Positions 1-8,381 of a stretch of 32,000 nucleotides of DNA are shown here, one piece after another. The notes under the pieces are model-generated. The model did no database searches and had not been told where the DNA came from. It saw only the letters and a list, made by a program, of their open reading frames with translations. Every line of letters starts with the position of its first letter. Within the stretch, counting starts at the first letter, position 1. Position numbers and translations under genes: made by a program. The stretch comes from Nitrosopumilus maritimus SCM1 (GTDB taxonomy: Archaea > Thermoproteota > Nitrososphaeria > Nitrososphaerales > Nitrosopumilaceae): positions 300,001 through 332,000 of the forward strand of contig NC_010085.1 in assembly GCF_000018465.1 (NCBI RefSeq), given 5' to 3'.

Positions 1-401
1 GCACACATTTTTTTAAATTTCATTGCTACATACGACAATTTTTCTGGTGACATTGTTGTGGTAACTGGTGCCATTCCCAATGGATCCATCACATTGATTC
101 CTACAACTTTGGTATCTGGACCAATTGATTTGTGCAACATATCTGGGTGTCCAATGAATACATCTTCTCTATTGTAACCTCCTTGAATCAATGAACTTTC
201 AATTCTTCTTAATCCAATTTGTGCAACCTTTGCTTCCCCCGTGATTGGATCTGTTTCAACTGATGGACAAAACACTTTGTCAAAAACCCATTCTGGCAGA
301 ACTTCATATGGTCCACATGCAATAAATCCATACAGAAAGTTTCCCCTGTAATTTGTCATTAAACTACGATCAGCAGTAAGTACAACACGTTTGCCGGACA
401 A
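1..401 (-). CDS. Partial radical SAM / B12-binding-like protein; 3' end beyond window edge
   Basis: Minus-strand open frame from a TTG at 401 running off the left edge. Translation: LSGKRVVLTADRSLMTNYRGNFLYGFIACGPYEVLPEWVFDKVFCPSVETDPITGEAKVAQIGLRRIESSLIQGGYNREDVFIGHPDMLHKSIGPDTKVVGINVMDPLGMAPVTTTMS. Family resemblance is from memory. Confidence 0.55.
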   Translation of the reverse strand, partial: MSGKRVVLTADRSLMTNYRGNFLYGFIACGPYEVLPEWVFDKVFCPSVETDPITGEAKVAQIGLRRIESSLIQGGYNREDVFIGHPDMLHKSIGPDTKVVGINVMDPLGMAPVTTTMSPEKLSYVAMKFKKMC

Positions 402-473
402 CTATCACATTTCGTTTAACTATGTTATATATCATTTACGAGGTTAATTTGCCTCTTGAATTGTAAATTTTCC

Positions 474-1250
474 TTATTCTTTTTTTCTTATTGTTCTGTT
501 TGCAATATTGGCTGCAATCCCCCCTGCTGCAATACCATTGTCTATGTTTACAACAGATAGTCCTAATGAACAACTCTGAAGCATTGAAGCAAGAGCTGCA
601 ATTCCTTTTTCTCCATACCCATACCCTACTGATGTTGGAATTCCAATAATTGGAATGTCTACTAGTGTGGAAACTAGTGTGGCTAGTGCACCCTCCATTC
701 CTGCAGCTACTATGATGCAATCAACATCTTCTTCTATCATTTCTTTTAAAATTGGAAAAATTCTCTGAATTCCTGCTACTCCTACGTCATAACTTGTAAT
801 GCATTTACAATTCATTGCCTCACAAACTAGTCTGGCTTCTTCAGCTACTCCAATATCTGAAGTACCTGCAGTTAGAATACCTACTTTTCCTCCCTGAAAT
901 TTAATTGGTTTTTTGAATAACAATAGGGTAGATGATTTTTTTCCTGTCTTGACTTTGACTTTCAGTTTTTTTGCAAACGTCTGAATCTTTGGATAATCTG
1001 TTTTCTTTAATCTTGAAACAATAACTGAGTTTGATTTTTGCAAAGTCCTTTTTATGATTTTTCTAATATCTTCCAGTTCTTTTGTCTCTGCAAAAATTAT
1101 TTCTGGAATCCCTCTTCTTTTTCTTCTGTTGATGTCTATTTTGGCAATTCCTTCTATCTCTTCAATTGAATATATTGACAAAAGTTTTTTTGCATCATTT
1201 ATTGAAATTTTTCCTGTTTTTACGGCTTTAAGAATTTCATGAGTTTCCAA
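474..1250 (-). CDS. larB: LarB: AIR-carboxylase-like, pyridinium-3,5-biscarboxylate mononucleotide synthase (nickel pincer cofactor biosynthesis)
   Basis: 258 aa. C-terminal AIR carboxylase-like motifs: KVGILTAGTSDIGVAEEA, IIVAAGMEGALATLVSTLVDIPIIGIPTSVGYGYGEKGIAALASMLQSCSLGLSVVNIDNGIAAG. LarB-type N-terminal region. Confidence 0.9.
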   Translation of the reverse strand: METHEILKAVKTGKISINDAKKLLSIYSIEEIEGIAKIDINRRKRRGIPEIIFAETKELEDIRKIIKRTLQKSNSVIVSRLKKTDYPKIQTFAKKLKVKVKTGKKSSTLLLFKKPIKFQGGKVGILTAGTSDIGVAEEARLVCEAMNCKCITSYDVGVAGIQRIFPILKEMIEEDVDCIIVAAGMEGALATLVSTLVDIPIIGIPTSVGYGYGEKGIAALASMLQSCSLGLSVVNIDNGIAAGGIAANIANRTIRKKE

Positions 1251-1283
1251 TAATGGGTTTTTGTTTTATGGATAAAAAAAGGC

Positions 1284-2198
1284 TTAGATTTCAACACCTG
1301 AAAGTGCACCTTTAACATTCTCTACTGCTTTGTTAAAGACTTGCTTTTCTTCATCATTTAGATCTAATTCTATGATTTTTTCTACACCATTCTTTCCTAT
1401 TACTGCAGGAACTCCAATGGTAACATCAGAGTGATCATATTCTCCATCAAGATAAGTTGCTACTGGAATTACTTGTTTTCTGTCTCTTACAACTGCTTCA
1501 ACAATTGCAGAAATTGCATTTCCTGGTGCATGTACTGTAGCACCTTTTAGTTCAATTACTTTTGCTGCAACTTGCTTTGTGTTTTGAACTAGTTCCTCTA
1601 ATTTTTCTTTTGGAAGCAATGATGGTAGTGGAATTCCTGAAACAGATGAAAATCTTGGTAAAGGTAACATGTTTTCACCATGTTCTCCAATTACTAGTGC
1701 TCTAATTGAGTCACGAGAGTGTCCAGTTGCTTCGTGGATAAATTGTCTAAATCTTGATAAATCAAGCATACCTCCCATTCCAAATACTCTACTTCTATCA
1801 AATCCTGATACTTTGTATGTGATGTATGCCATTGGGTCTAATGGATTAGTTACTGGAATAATCATGGAATCATCTGCATATTTTTTCACATTTTCTACCA
1901 CGCTTTTTACAATTGATGCATTAATCTTCAAAAGATCCATACGGGTCATTCCTGGTTTTCGTCCAGAACCTGCAACTACTACTACAATATTGGAACCTTT
2001 CATATCTTCAAAATTATTGGAACCTTTTACTTCAACATCAATTCCTTGTTCTGAAAGCATATGGTTGATATCCATTGCTTCGCCTTGAGGAAGTCCTTCA
2101 GCAACATCTAATAACAAAATTTGATCATCTAATCGTTTTAGTGCTGAAAACAATGCAGCATCTCCGCCTACTTTTCCTGAACCAATTATAGTAATCAT
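1284..2198 (-). CDS. mdh: Malate dehydrogenase (LDH/MDH superfamily)
   Basis: 304 aa. N-terminal Rossmann [38 protein letters not shown], and catalytic [10 protein letters not shown]. Confidence 0.9.
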
Positions 2199-2288
2199 AA
2201 AAATCGCTGTTAATTTTCAATAATTAAATCTAATGAAATTTCAGACCGATCAGACGAATTTATAAGCATTTTCAATAATTTTTAATCA

Positions 2289-3509
2289 ATGGTTTTGGTA
2301 ATTGATCCTCAAATTGCAGGAATATCTGGGGATATGCTTCTTTCTTCATTAATTGATTTGGGCGCAGATAAGGGAAAGATAATTGATGGAATTAAAAAAT
2401 CTGAACAATTTTTTTCAGATTCTACTATTACAAAAATCGATTTTCAAAAAACCAAAAAAAGAGGAATCGAAGCTATTCAACTCGTTTTAGAAATAGATGA
2501 ACATTCTCATGAAAAAAAAGGCTCTGAAATAAAAAAAGCAATTAATGACTCTACATCAAATTTAGATCTATCAGATAAAGCAAAGATATTTGCTGAATCA
2601 TGTATCAATTCACTCATTTCTTCAGAATCTAAAATTCATGGTGTTCCAGAGGATTCTGTGCATTTTCATGAGGCCTCTAGCATTGATACCCTAGTTGACA
2701 TTGTCGGAATTACAATTGCCTTAGATGATTTGGGATTATTTGATGAAAAAATTATTTGCATGCCTGTTTCTGTAGGTGGTGGAAGCGTAACTTTTTCCCA
2801 TGGCACTATGTCTAATCCTGCCAGTGCAATTTTAGAGATTTTCAAAGATTCTTATCTGAAAATTAAAGGTAATGATGCAAATGCGGAATTGACCACTCCA
2901 ACGGGGGCGTGTATTTTGGCTAATCTGACAAATACTTGTATGGATTATTATCCTGCAATGAAAATTGATTCAATTGGTTATGGTGCAGGGCAAAAAGATT
3001 TTCAAAATTTTTCAAACGTGCTAAAACTAGTTAGAGGCTCTACAAATAACTTGGAAAGTGACTCAGTAAAAATTCTTGAAACTAACGTTGATGATATTTC
3101 AGGAGAAATACTTGGAAATCTAATTGAAAAGATCATGCAAAAAGGTGCTAGAGATGTTTCAATTTATCATGGAATTACAAAAAAAGGAAGACCTACAAAT
3201 TTGGTATCTGTAATATGTGATGATCAAAATATTGATGAAATTGTTGATACATTGGTATTAGAAACTGGTACTTTGGGAATTAGGATATCTGAATCAAATA
3301 GATTTGTTGTACCAAGAACAAATGAAAACATTTCATTAACAATTGATGGAAATTCCTTTGATGTGAGATACAAAAAATCAACATTTAAGGGAAAAACTGA
3401 TTTCAAAATAGAATTTGATGATCTTAAGGATATTTCAAACACCGTTGAAAAATCAATTAAAGAAATAGAATCATTACTTCGAAAAGAAATTGAAAAGTTG
3501 GAGAACTAA
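2289..3509 (+). CDS. larC: LarC: nickel insertion protein for the pincer cofactor (DUF111 family), single uninterrupted ORF
   Basis: 406 aa. IDPQIAGISGDMLLSSLIDLGAD, HFHEASSIDTLVDIVGITIALDDLG, ELTTPTGACILANL, VLETNVDDISGEILGNLIEKIMQKGARDVSIYHGITKKGRPTNLV. Confidence 0.92.
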   Translation: MVLVIDPQIAGISGDMLLSSLIDLGADKGKIIDGIKKSEQFFSDSTITKIDFQKTKKRGIEAIQLVLEIDEHSHEKKGSEIKKAINDSTSNLDLSDKAKIFAESCINSLISSESKIHGVPEDSVHFHEASSIDTLVDIVGITIALDDLGLFDEKIICMPVSVGGGSVTFSHGTMSNPASAILEIFKDSYLKIKGNDANAELTTPTGACILANLTNTCMDYYPAMKIDSIGYGAGQKDFQNFSNVLKLVRGSTNNLESDSVKILETNVDDISGEILGNLIEKIMQKGARDVSIYHGITKKGRPTNLVSVICDDQNIDEIVDTLVLETGTLGIRISESNRFVVPRTNENISLTIDGNSFDVRYKKSTFKGKTDFKIEFDDLKDISNTVEKSIKEIESLLRKEIEKLEN

Positions 3510-4307
3510 ATGACAAAATTAAATGAACTAGAAAATTGGTTTGCTGATAAAAATAAAGTCATGATTGCATTATCTGGTGGTGTAGATAGTGCTCTTGTTG
3601 CATATGCTGCTTATCAAAAATTAGGTGATTTTGCAATTGCGGTAACTGCTGATTACAAAACCCTTTCTGAGGAAGAACTTCAAACTGCTAAACAAATTTG
3701 CTCTGAAATAGGAATAACTCAATTTTTCTTAGATTATGACGAACTTGAAAATGAAGAATTTACAAAAAATGATTCAACTAGATGTTTTCACTGTAGGCTC
3801 GAATTAGGAGTTCATCTCTTAAAATTGGCAAAAGAACATCACGTAGATGTAATTGTTGATGGAACTAATTTAGATGATTTAGGTGAATATAGGCCAGGAA
3901 TTGATGCCTTACGTCAAAATGGAATTAGAAGTCCTCTTGTTGAAACAAATCTTTCAAAATCACAAATTAGACACATTGCAAAGTCAGTCGGACTATCAGT
4001 TCATGACAAACCTTCAAACTCTTGTTTGGCTTCACGTATACCTTGGGGTCAAAGAGTTACTGCTGAGAGATTAGCTAGAATTGAATTTGGTGAGACTGTT
4101 GTCAAACAACTAACCAAAGTTAAACAAGTTCGTGTTCGTGATTTTAATGGTTCTGCAAAAATTGAAGTAGAAAAAAACGATATTTCTGAATTTAATAATC
4201 TTGTATTAGATAAAATCACAGAAAAACTAAAGCTGATTGGATTTACTTCAGTTGAAATTGATCCAGAAGGGTATAAACCAGGAAAAATTAACGTGATTGC
4301 AGATTGA
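3510..4307 (+). CDS. larE: LarE: ATP-dependent (sacrificial) sulfur transferase
   Basis: 265 aa. PP-loop MIALSGGVDSALVAY, STRCFHCRLELG, DGTNLDDLGEYRPG, KPSNSCLASRIPWGQ. Abuts larC directly. Confidence 0.92.
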   Translation: MTKLNELENWFADKNKVMIALSGGVDSALVAYAAYQKLGDFAIAVTADYKTLSEEELQTAKQICSEIGITQFFLDYDELENEEFTKNDSTRCFHCRLELGVHLLKLAKEHHVDVIVDGTNLDDLGEYRPGIDALRQNGIRSPLVETNLSKSQIRHIAKSVGLSVHDKPSNSCLASRIPWGQRVTAERLARIEFGETVVKQLTKVKQVRVRDFNGSAKIEVEKNDISEFNNLVLDKITEKLKLIGFTSVEIDPEGYKPGKINVIAD

Positions 4308-5470
4308 TTTATCTTGATAATGCAGCATCAACTCAAATTCACGATGATGTACTAGAGTCAATGCTTCCATATCTTAAAGAGCAATATGGAAATCCTTCCT
4401 CCATTCATCGTTATGGCAGATTATCTCGGAAGGCAATTGAAAAGGCAAGAAAACAAATTGCGTCTTTGATTAATGCAGATCCTTCTGAAATTTTTATCAC
4501 CTCTGGTGGTACCGAATCAAATAATACTGCGTTACGAGGAATTGCAACAAAATACTCTTCAGGTCAAATCATAACTTCTTCAATTGAACATGATGCAATT
4601 TTAGAGCCATGTAAAAAATTATCTCAAGAAGAATTTGATGTAGTTTACCTTCCTGTAGATAACTTTGGTATGATTAGTCTCTCTAACCTTAAAGATTCTC
4701 TATCTGAAAAAACTAGAGTTGTTTCAATTATGTTTGGTAATAATGAAGTTGGTACAATTCAACCAATTGCAGAAATTGCCAAATTATGTCATGAACACGA
4801 TGTGGTACTTCATACTGATGCTGTACAGGCAATAGGGAAAGTACCAATTGATGTTCATGAATTAGGGGTGGATTTACTATCAATTTCATCTCATAAGCTA
4901 TATGGACCAAAGGGAATAGGTGCTCTGTATATCAAAAAAGACACTCTTCTTAATCCAATGATTTTAGGTGGTGGGCAAGAACATGGATTACGCTCTGGTA
5001 CTGAAAATGTTGCAAATATTGTTGGTTTTGGTAAGGCATGTGATATTGCTAAATCAAATTTGGATGAGAATATTTCTCATATGAAAAAACTCAGAAATCT
5101 TTTGGTCCAAACTGTATCTGATGAAATTTCTCAAGTAACTGTTAATGGTCATCCTGAACGTCATTTGCCAAATAATGCTCATTTTACTTTTCTTGGTGTA
5201 AATGGCGAAGATCTGATTATAAAACTTGATGAGTATGGTGTTGCTGCATCTACTGGTTCGGCATGTTCTGTTCATACTCAAAAGGCATCTCATGTATTAC
5301 AAGCAATGGGATTTTCACACGAGCAAATTACTGGCTCATTAAGATTGACAACTGGAATATTTAATGATCAAAAAGAAATTGAACAAACTGTGGAAATTTT
5401 GAAAAGAGTTGTTGAAGAACTAAGATCTGTGTCTCCATTTAAAGAAAAATATTCTTTCTCAAAAAACTAA
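4304..5470 (+). CDS. Cysteine desulfurase (NifS/IscS family, class V aminotransferase fold)
   Basis: 388 aa. MIYLDNAASTQ, TSGGTESNNTALRG, SSIEHDAILEP, HTDAVQAIGK, SISSHKLYGPKGIGALY, ATGSACS. Overlaps the larE end by 4 bp. Confidence 0.93.
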   Translation: MIYLDNAASTQIHDDVLESMLPYLKEQYGNPSSIHRYGRLSRKAIEKARKQIASLINADPSEIFITSGGTESNNTALRGIATKYSSGQIITSSIEHDAILEPCKKLSQEEFDVVYLPVDNFGMISLSNLKDSLSEKTRVVSIMFGNNEVGTIQPIAEIAKLCHEHDVVLHTDAVQAIGKVPIDVHELGVDLLSISSHKLYGPKGIGALYIKKDTLLNPMILGGGQEHGLRSGTENVANIVGFGKACDIAKSNLDENISHMKKLRNLLVQTVSDEISQVTVNGHPERHLPNNAHFTFLGVNGEDLIIKLDEYGVAASTGSACSVHTQKASHVLQAMGFSHEQITGSLRLTTGIFNDQKEIEQTVEILKRVVEELRSVSPFKEKYSFSKN

Positions 5471-6294
5471 ATTTTAATCTGAAATTTGTTTCTTGTTAGA
5501 ATAATTGCTGTCATAATTCCGACTAGCAAAACAATCATTGCAATTGTTCCAAACTCTGGGACAACATAAGTTCCAATAATTAGAATATCTGTATCTCCTT
5601 GCTCAAAATTAATTGTAATTGTTCTATGATCTGAATGGACTGGTGCTTCCTCATAATCTGCCTCGATTCCATTTGGATTATCTGGACTTGAAATTAAGAT
5701 AATAAATTTTTCATCTTTCCCATCTTGTTTTTCAGCACCTATGAATTCTCTTGGTAATTCTAATGTGATTGAACCTTCATCTGTAGAATTGATGCTTATT
5801 GCTAGTGCAAAATTCTCTGATTCGACCACCATGTCTTCAACTTCTCCTCCTTTAATTGAATATTCTACATCAAATGTCCCATGACTTCCAGCGTCAACTT
5901 CAAAATTGGTTGTAGTTGTCACCACTTCTGATTTTGGAGTGTAACTAAATTCAGTTTCAGCTATAGTTCCACCTGCTACTTCATATGATGCTCTTACTAG
6001 TATTGTTCCTGAATTGGTCCATAATGGTCCTTCTGCAAGAATTGTGTGTGAAAATGTTCCATCTTGGGCTACTTTTATTTGAGCAATTTCTAACATGTTT
6101 CCTTCTCTAAATAATTGCAGTACTACATCTACCCCTGCTATCTTTGTATTTACTTTTCCTGAAACAACAATTGTGTCTCCTTCATCATAATTATTATCAT
6201 CTGTTTGTACAGTAATTGGAGATTCTTGTGCATACACAAAACTTGTAGAAATTATCAATAAGGAAATTACACCATAAAATATTTTAGAATTCAC
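5467..6294 (-). CDS. Secreted PEFG-CTERM domain surface protein
   Basis: Signal peptide (MNSKIFYGVISLLIISTSFVYAQ), TDDNNYDEGDTIVVSGKV domain, C-terminal VVPEFGTIAMIVLLVGIMTAIILTRNKFQIKI. Converges with the desulfurase with a 3-4 bp overlap. Confidence 0.85.
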   Translation of the reverse strand: MNSKIFYGVISLLIISTSFVYAQESPITVQTDDNNYDEGDTIVVSGKVNTKIAGVDVVLQLFREGNMLEIAQIKVAQDGTFSHTILAEGPLWTNSGTILVRASYEVAGGTIAETEFSYTPKSEVVTTTTNFEVDAGSHGTFDVEYSIKGGEVEDMVVESENFALAISINSTDEGSITLELPREFIGAEKQDGKDEKFIILISSPDNPNGIEADYEEAPVHSDHRTITINFEQGDTDILIIGTYVVPEFGTIAMIVLLVGIMTAIILTRNKFQIKI

Positions 6295-6360
6295 AAGTTT
6301 TGAATGGTATGTTTGTATATTTCTTTTACTATCAAAAATGAAAAAATGAAAAAAGATGTG

Positions 6361-6513
6361 ATTTTAGTATCTTGGCATAATGCTAAGTCTTGATTTTGCA
6401 GATACTGCAATTATTGAGATAATTGCTACTGCTAGAATCATGGCTGCAATTGTGCCAAACTCTGGGACTACAAAGGTACCAATAATTTCAATTTGTTCAG
6501 TTCCTGCTGGGAA
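6361..6513. repeat. Copy 1 of the PEFG-CTERM 3' module
   Basis: 6361-6471 matches 7308-7418 and 8229-8339 base for base (111 bp). Identity to copy 3 continues to 6513 / 8381 (153 bp). Identity to copy 2 also extends outward to 6341 / 7288. Confidence 0.92.
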
Positions 6514-7248
6514 CATGACTGTTACTTTGTTTGCAACAATCTCAACATCATCCCATTCTTCTCCGTCAACTAGTACCATGAAGATACCATCTTGGACTGT
6601 TTTTGATGGTGTTACAGTTAATGTTCCATCATCAGTAGAGCTGATGTTGACAACAATTGAGTTGTCATTTGTATTGAGAGTTGCACTTGTAACTGCACCA
6701 CCTGAAATACTAAATGGTACACAATAACCATTTGCAGTAATCTCATTAGCTCCACATTGTTTGGACTTTTGTGGTGTTTCATAGGTTGGTGTATATGCAA
6801 CTCCTCCCATTAATTGAACTTTGACACTATTGCTCTTTTCAGCACTGCCATAGTTTGCTTTAATGGTGTAGGTACCGCTGTATTTCCACATTGCACCTGC
6901 TGTGTTTAATGTTGTCTCAAAACTACCCTCATCTGTTACAGCGATTTGATCAACTGTGATGATTGAGTTTAGAGGACTCACAACAGTAATTGTAACTGGA
7001 AATCCAGATGCTACATTTGCTACTTGCCCTTGTACTGAAATCATGTCTCCTTGGTCATACCCTGTTTTATCTGTCCAAACAGATACTGGGATATCTGCAC
7101 GCAACATTTCATTTGCTGTTGCTCTTGCATCTGCCATGGTACATCCAACACATGCTTGTGGAATTTCATCTGCATATGCTGCTGACATGGTTAAAGTACC
7201 GACTGCAGTCAAAACGGCTAGTAGCGCGAACGACGTACGGCTGTTCAT
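6364..7248 (-). CDS. Secreted PEFG-CTERM domain surface protein
   Basis: Signal peptide, WTDKTGYDQGDMISVQGQV domain, C-terminal FVVPEFGTIAAMILAVAIISIIAVSAKSRLSIMPRY. Confidence 0.87.
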   Translation of the reverse strand: MNSRTSFALLAVLTAVGTLTMSAAYADEIPQACVGCTMADARATANEMLRADIPVSVWTDKTGYDQGDMISVQGQVANVASGFPVTITVVSPLNSIITVDQIAVTDEGSFETTLNTAGAMWKYSGTYTIKANYGSAEKSNSVKVQLMGGVAYTPTYETPQKSKQCGANEITANGYCVPFSISGGAVTSATLNTNDNSIVVNISSTDDGTLTVTPSKTVQDGIFMVLVDGEEWDDVEIVANKVTVMFPAGTEQIEIIGTFVVPEFGTIAAMILAVAIISIIAVSAKSRLSIMPRY

Positions 7249-7272
7249 CTTGTTGCGATTTGAACCTGTCTC

Positions 7273-7418
7273 TATTTATGTATATTTAAAAAATGAAAAA
7301 AGATGTGATTTTAGTATCTTGGCATAATGCTAAGTCTTGATTTTGCAGATACTGCAATTATTGAGATAATTGCTACTGCTAGAATCATGGCTGCAATTGT
7401 GCCAAACTCTGGGACTAC
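7273..7418. repeat. Copy 2 of the PEFG-CTERM 3' module plus adjoining intergenic/TATA segment
   Basis: 7273-7305 (tatttatgtatatttaaaaaatgaaaaaagatg) matches 8194-8226. After 2 mismatches, the 111 bp core follows. Confidence 0.92.
7279..7291 (-). promoter_or_regulatory. Archaeal TATA box for the 7248 gene
   Basis: Minus strand TTTTAAATATACA about 30-40 nt upstream of the ATG at 7248; same sequence upstream of the 8168 gene. Confidence 0.55.
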
Positions 7419-8168
7419 CACGCCGTCTTGAATATCTACCTCAGCTGAAGCAGTATATTTTGGATCGTTAAATTGTTGTGCTGTAACAGTGTAAAAACCA
7501 TCTTGTGTCCATAATGGTCCACCTGTTGTGATTGTTGCTGTAAACTTTCCATCAAGCATTGGTGATACTTGATCAACTGATACTACATTTCCATTTGGAG
7601 CAGTTACGGTTAATGTAATGTCTGCACTTACTCTATCTGTATTTCCTGTAACTACAATTGTATCAGATCCCATTTCAGTTTTGGCGGTACTAATTTCAAT
7701 TCCTGCATCTATTGTAACAACTGGTTTTATTGGTTCAAAGATATCTGAACTATAACTGGATTCAGTCACAGCAGTTTTTTCTGCCATTCCACCATTTACT
7801 TCAACAAGAACTTCCATTGTGTATAGTGCTGCGCTGCCTTGTTGTGCTTTGATTTCATAGAATCCATCTTCGGTCCATGTTGGGCCTATCTTGAATTCAG
7901 TACCAAACATTCCTTCTGCATCTGGTGTTGTCTGACCAATAGCAACTACATTATTTCCACTTGGGGACTTTACAGTAAATGAAACATCAGTGAATGTTGA
8001 AATCGTTTTACCTGTTACGGTAATTGTTTTAGATCCACTGTCTGCCATAGCTGTTAGGGTCATTCCTTGTGTTTGAGCAAATGCATCTTGTTGAATTGAG
8101 GTCACTGAAATTAATGACACTGCCAAAAGGGCTATTGCCATTGATGTTGTAGAACGTTTAAAATTCAT
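7311..8168 (-). CDS. Secreted PEFG-CTERM domain surface protein
   Basis: ORF track starts at 8183, but an internal ATG at 8168 (MNFKRSTTSMAIALLAVSL) fits the TATA position near 8202-8211 better. C-terminal VVVPEFGTIAAMILAVAIISIIAVSAKSRLSIMPRY. Confidence 0.85.
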   Translation of the reverse strand: MNFKRSTTSMAIALLAVSLISVTSIQQDAFAQTQGMTLTAMADSGSKTITVTGKTISTFTDVSFTVKSPSGNNVVAIGQTTPDAEGMFGTEFKIGPTWTEDGFYEIKAQQGSAALYTMEVLVEVNGGMAEKTAVTESSYSSDIFEPIKPVVTIDAGIEISTAKTEMGSDTIVVTGNTDRVSADITLTVTAPNGNVVSVDQVSPMLDGKFTATITTGGPLWTQDGFYTVTAQQFNDPKYTASAEVDIQDGVVVPEFGTIAAMILAVAIISIIAVSAKSRLSIMPRY

Positions 8169-8193
8169 CCTAATTTTCCCCAAGTTACCTTGG

Positions 8194-8381
8194 TATTTAT
8201 GTATATTTAAAAAATGAAAAAAGATGAAATTTTAGTATCTTGGCATAATGCTAAGTCTTGATTTTGCAGATACTGCAATTATTGAGATAATTGCTACTGC
8301 TAGAATCATGGCTGCAATTGTGCCAAACTCTGGGACTACAAAGGTACCAATAATTTCAATTTGTTCAGTTCCTGCTGGGAA
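8194..8381. repeat. Copy 3 of the PEFG-CTERM 3' module plus adjoining intergenic/TATA segment
   Basis: Same comparison by eye. Shares 8229-8381 with copy 1 and 8194-8339 (2 mismatches) with copy 2. Confidence 0.92.
8200..8212 (-). promoter_or_regulatory. Archaeal TATA box for the 8168 gene
   Basis: Minus strand TTTTAAATATACA about 35-45 nt upstream of the ATG at 8168. Confidence 0.55.

Noticed and set aside
436-720. ORF 94 aa (MHHSSCRNGG...)
   Set aside because: Low-quality composition and lies within larB in another frame.
1669-2088. Plus-strand ORF opposite mdh
   Set aside because: Antisense shadow of a well-supported malate dehydrogenase gene.
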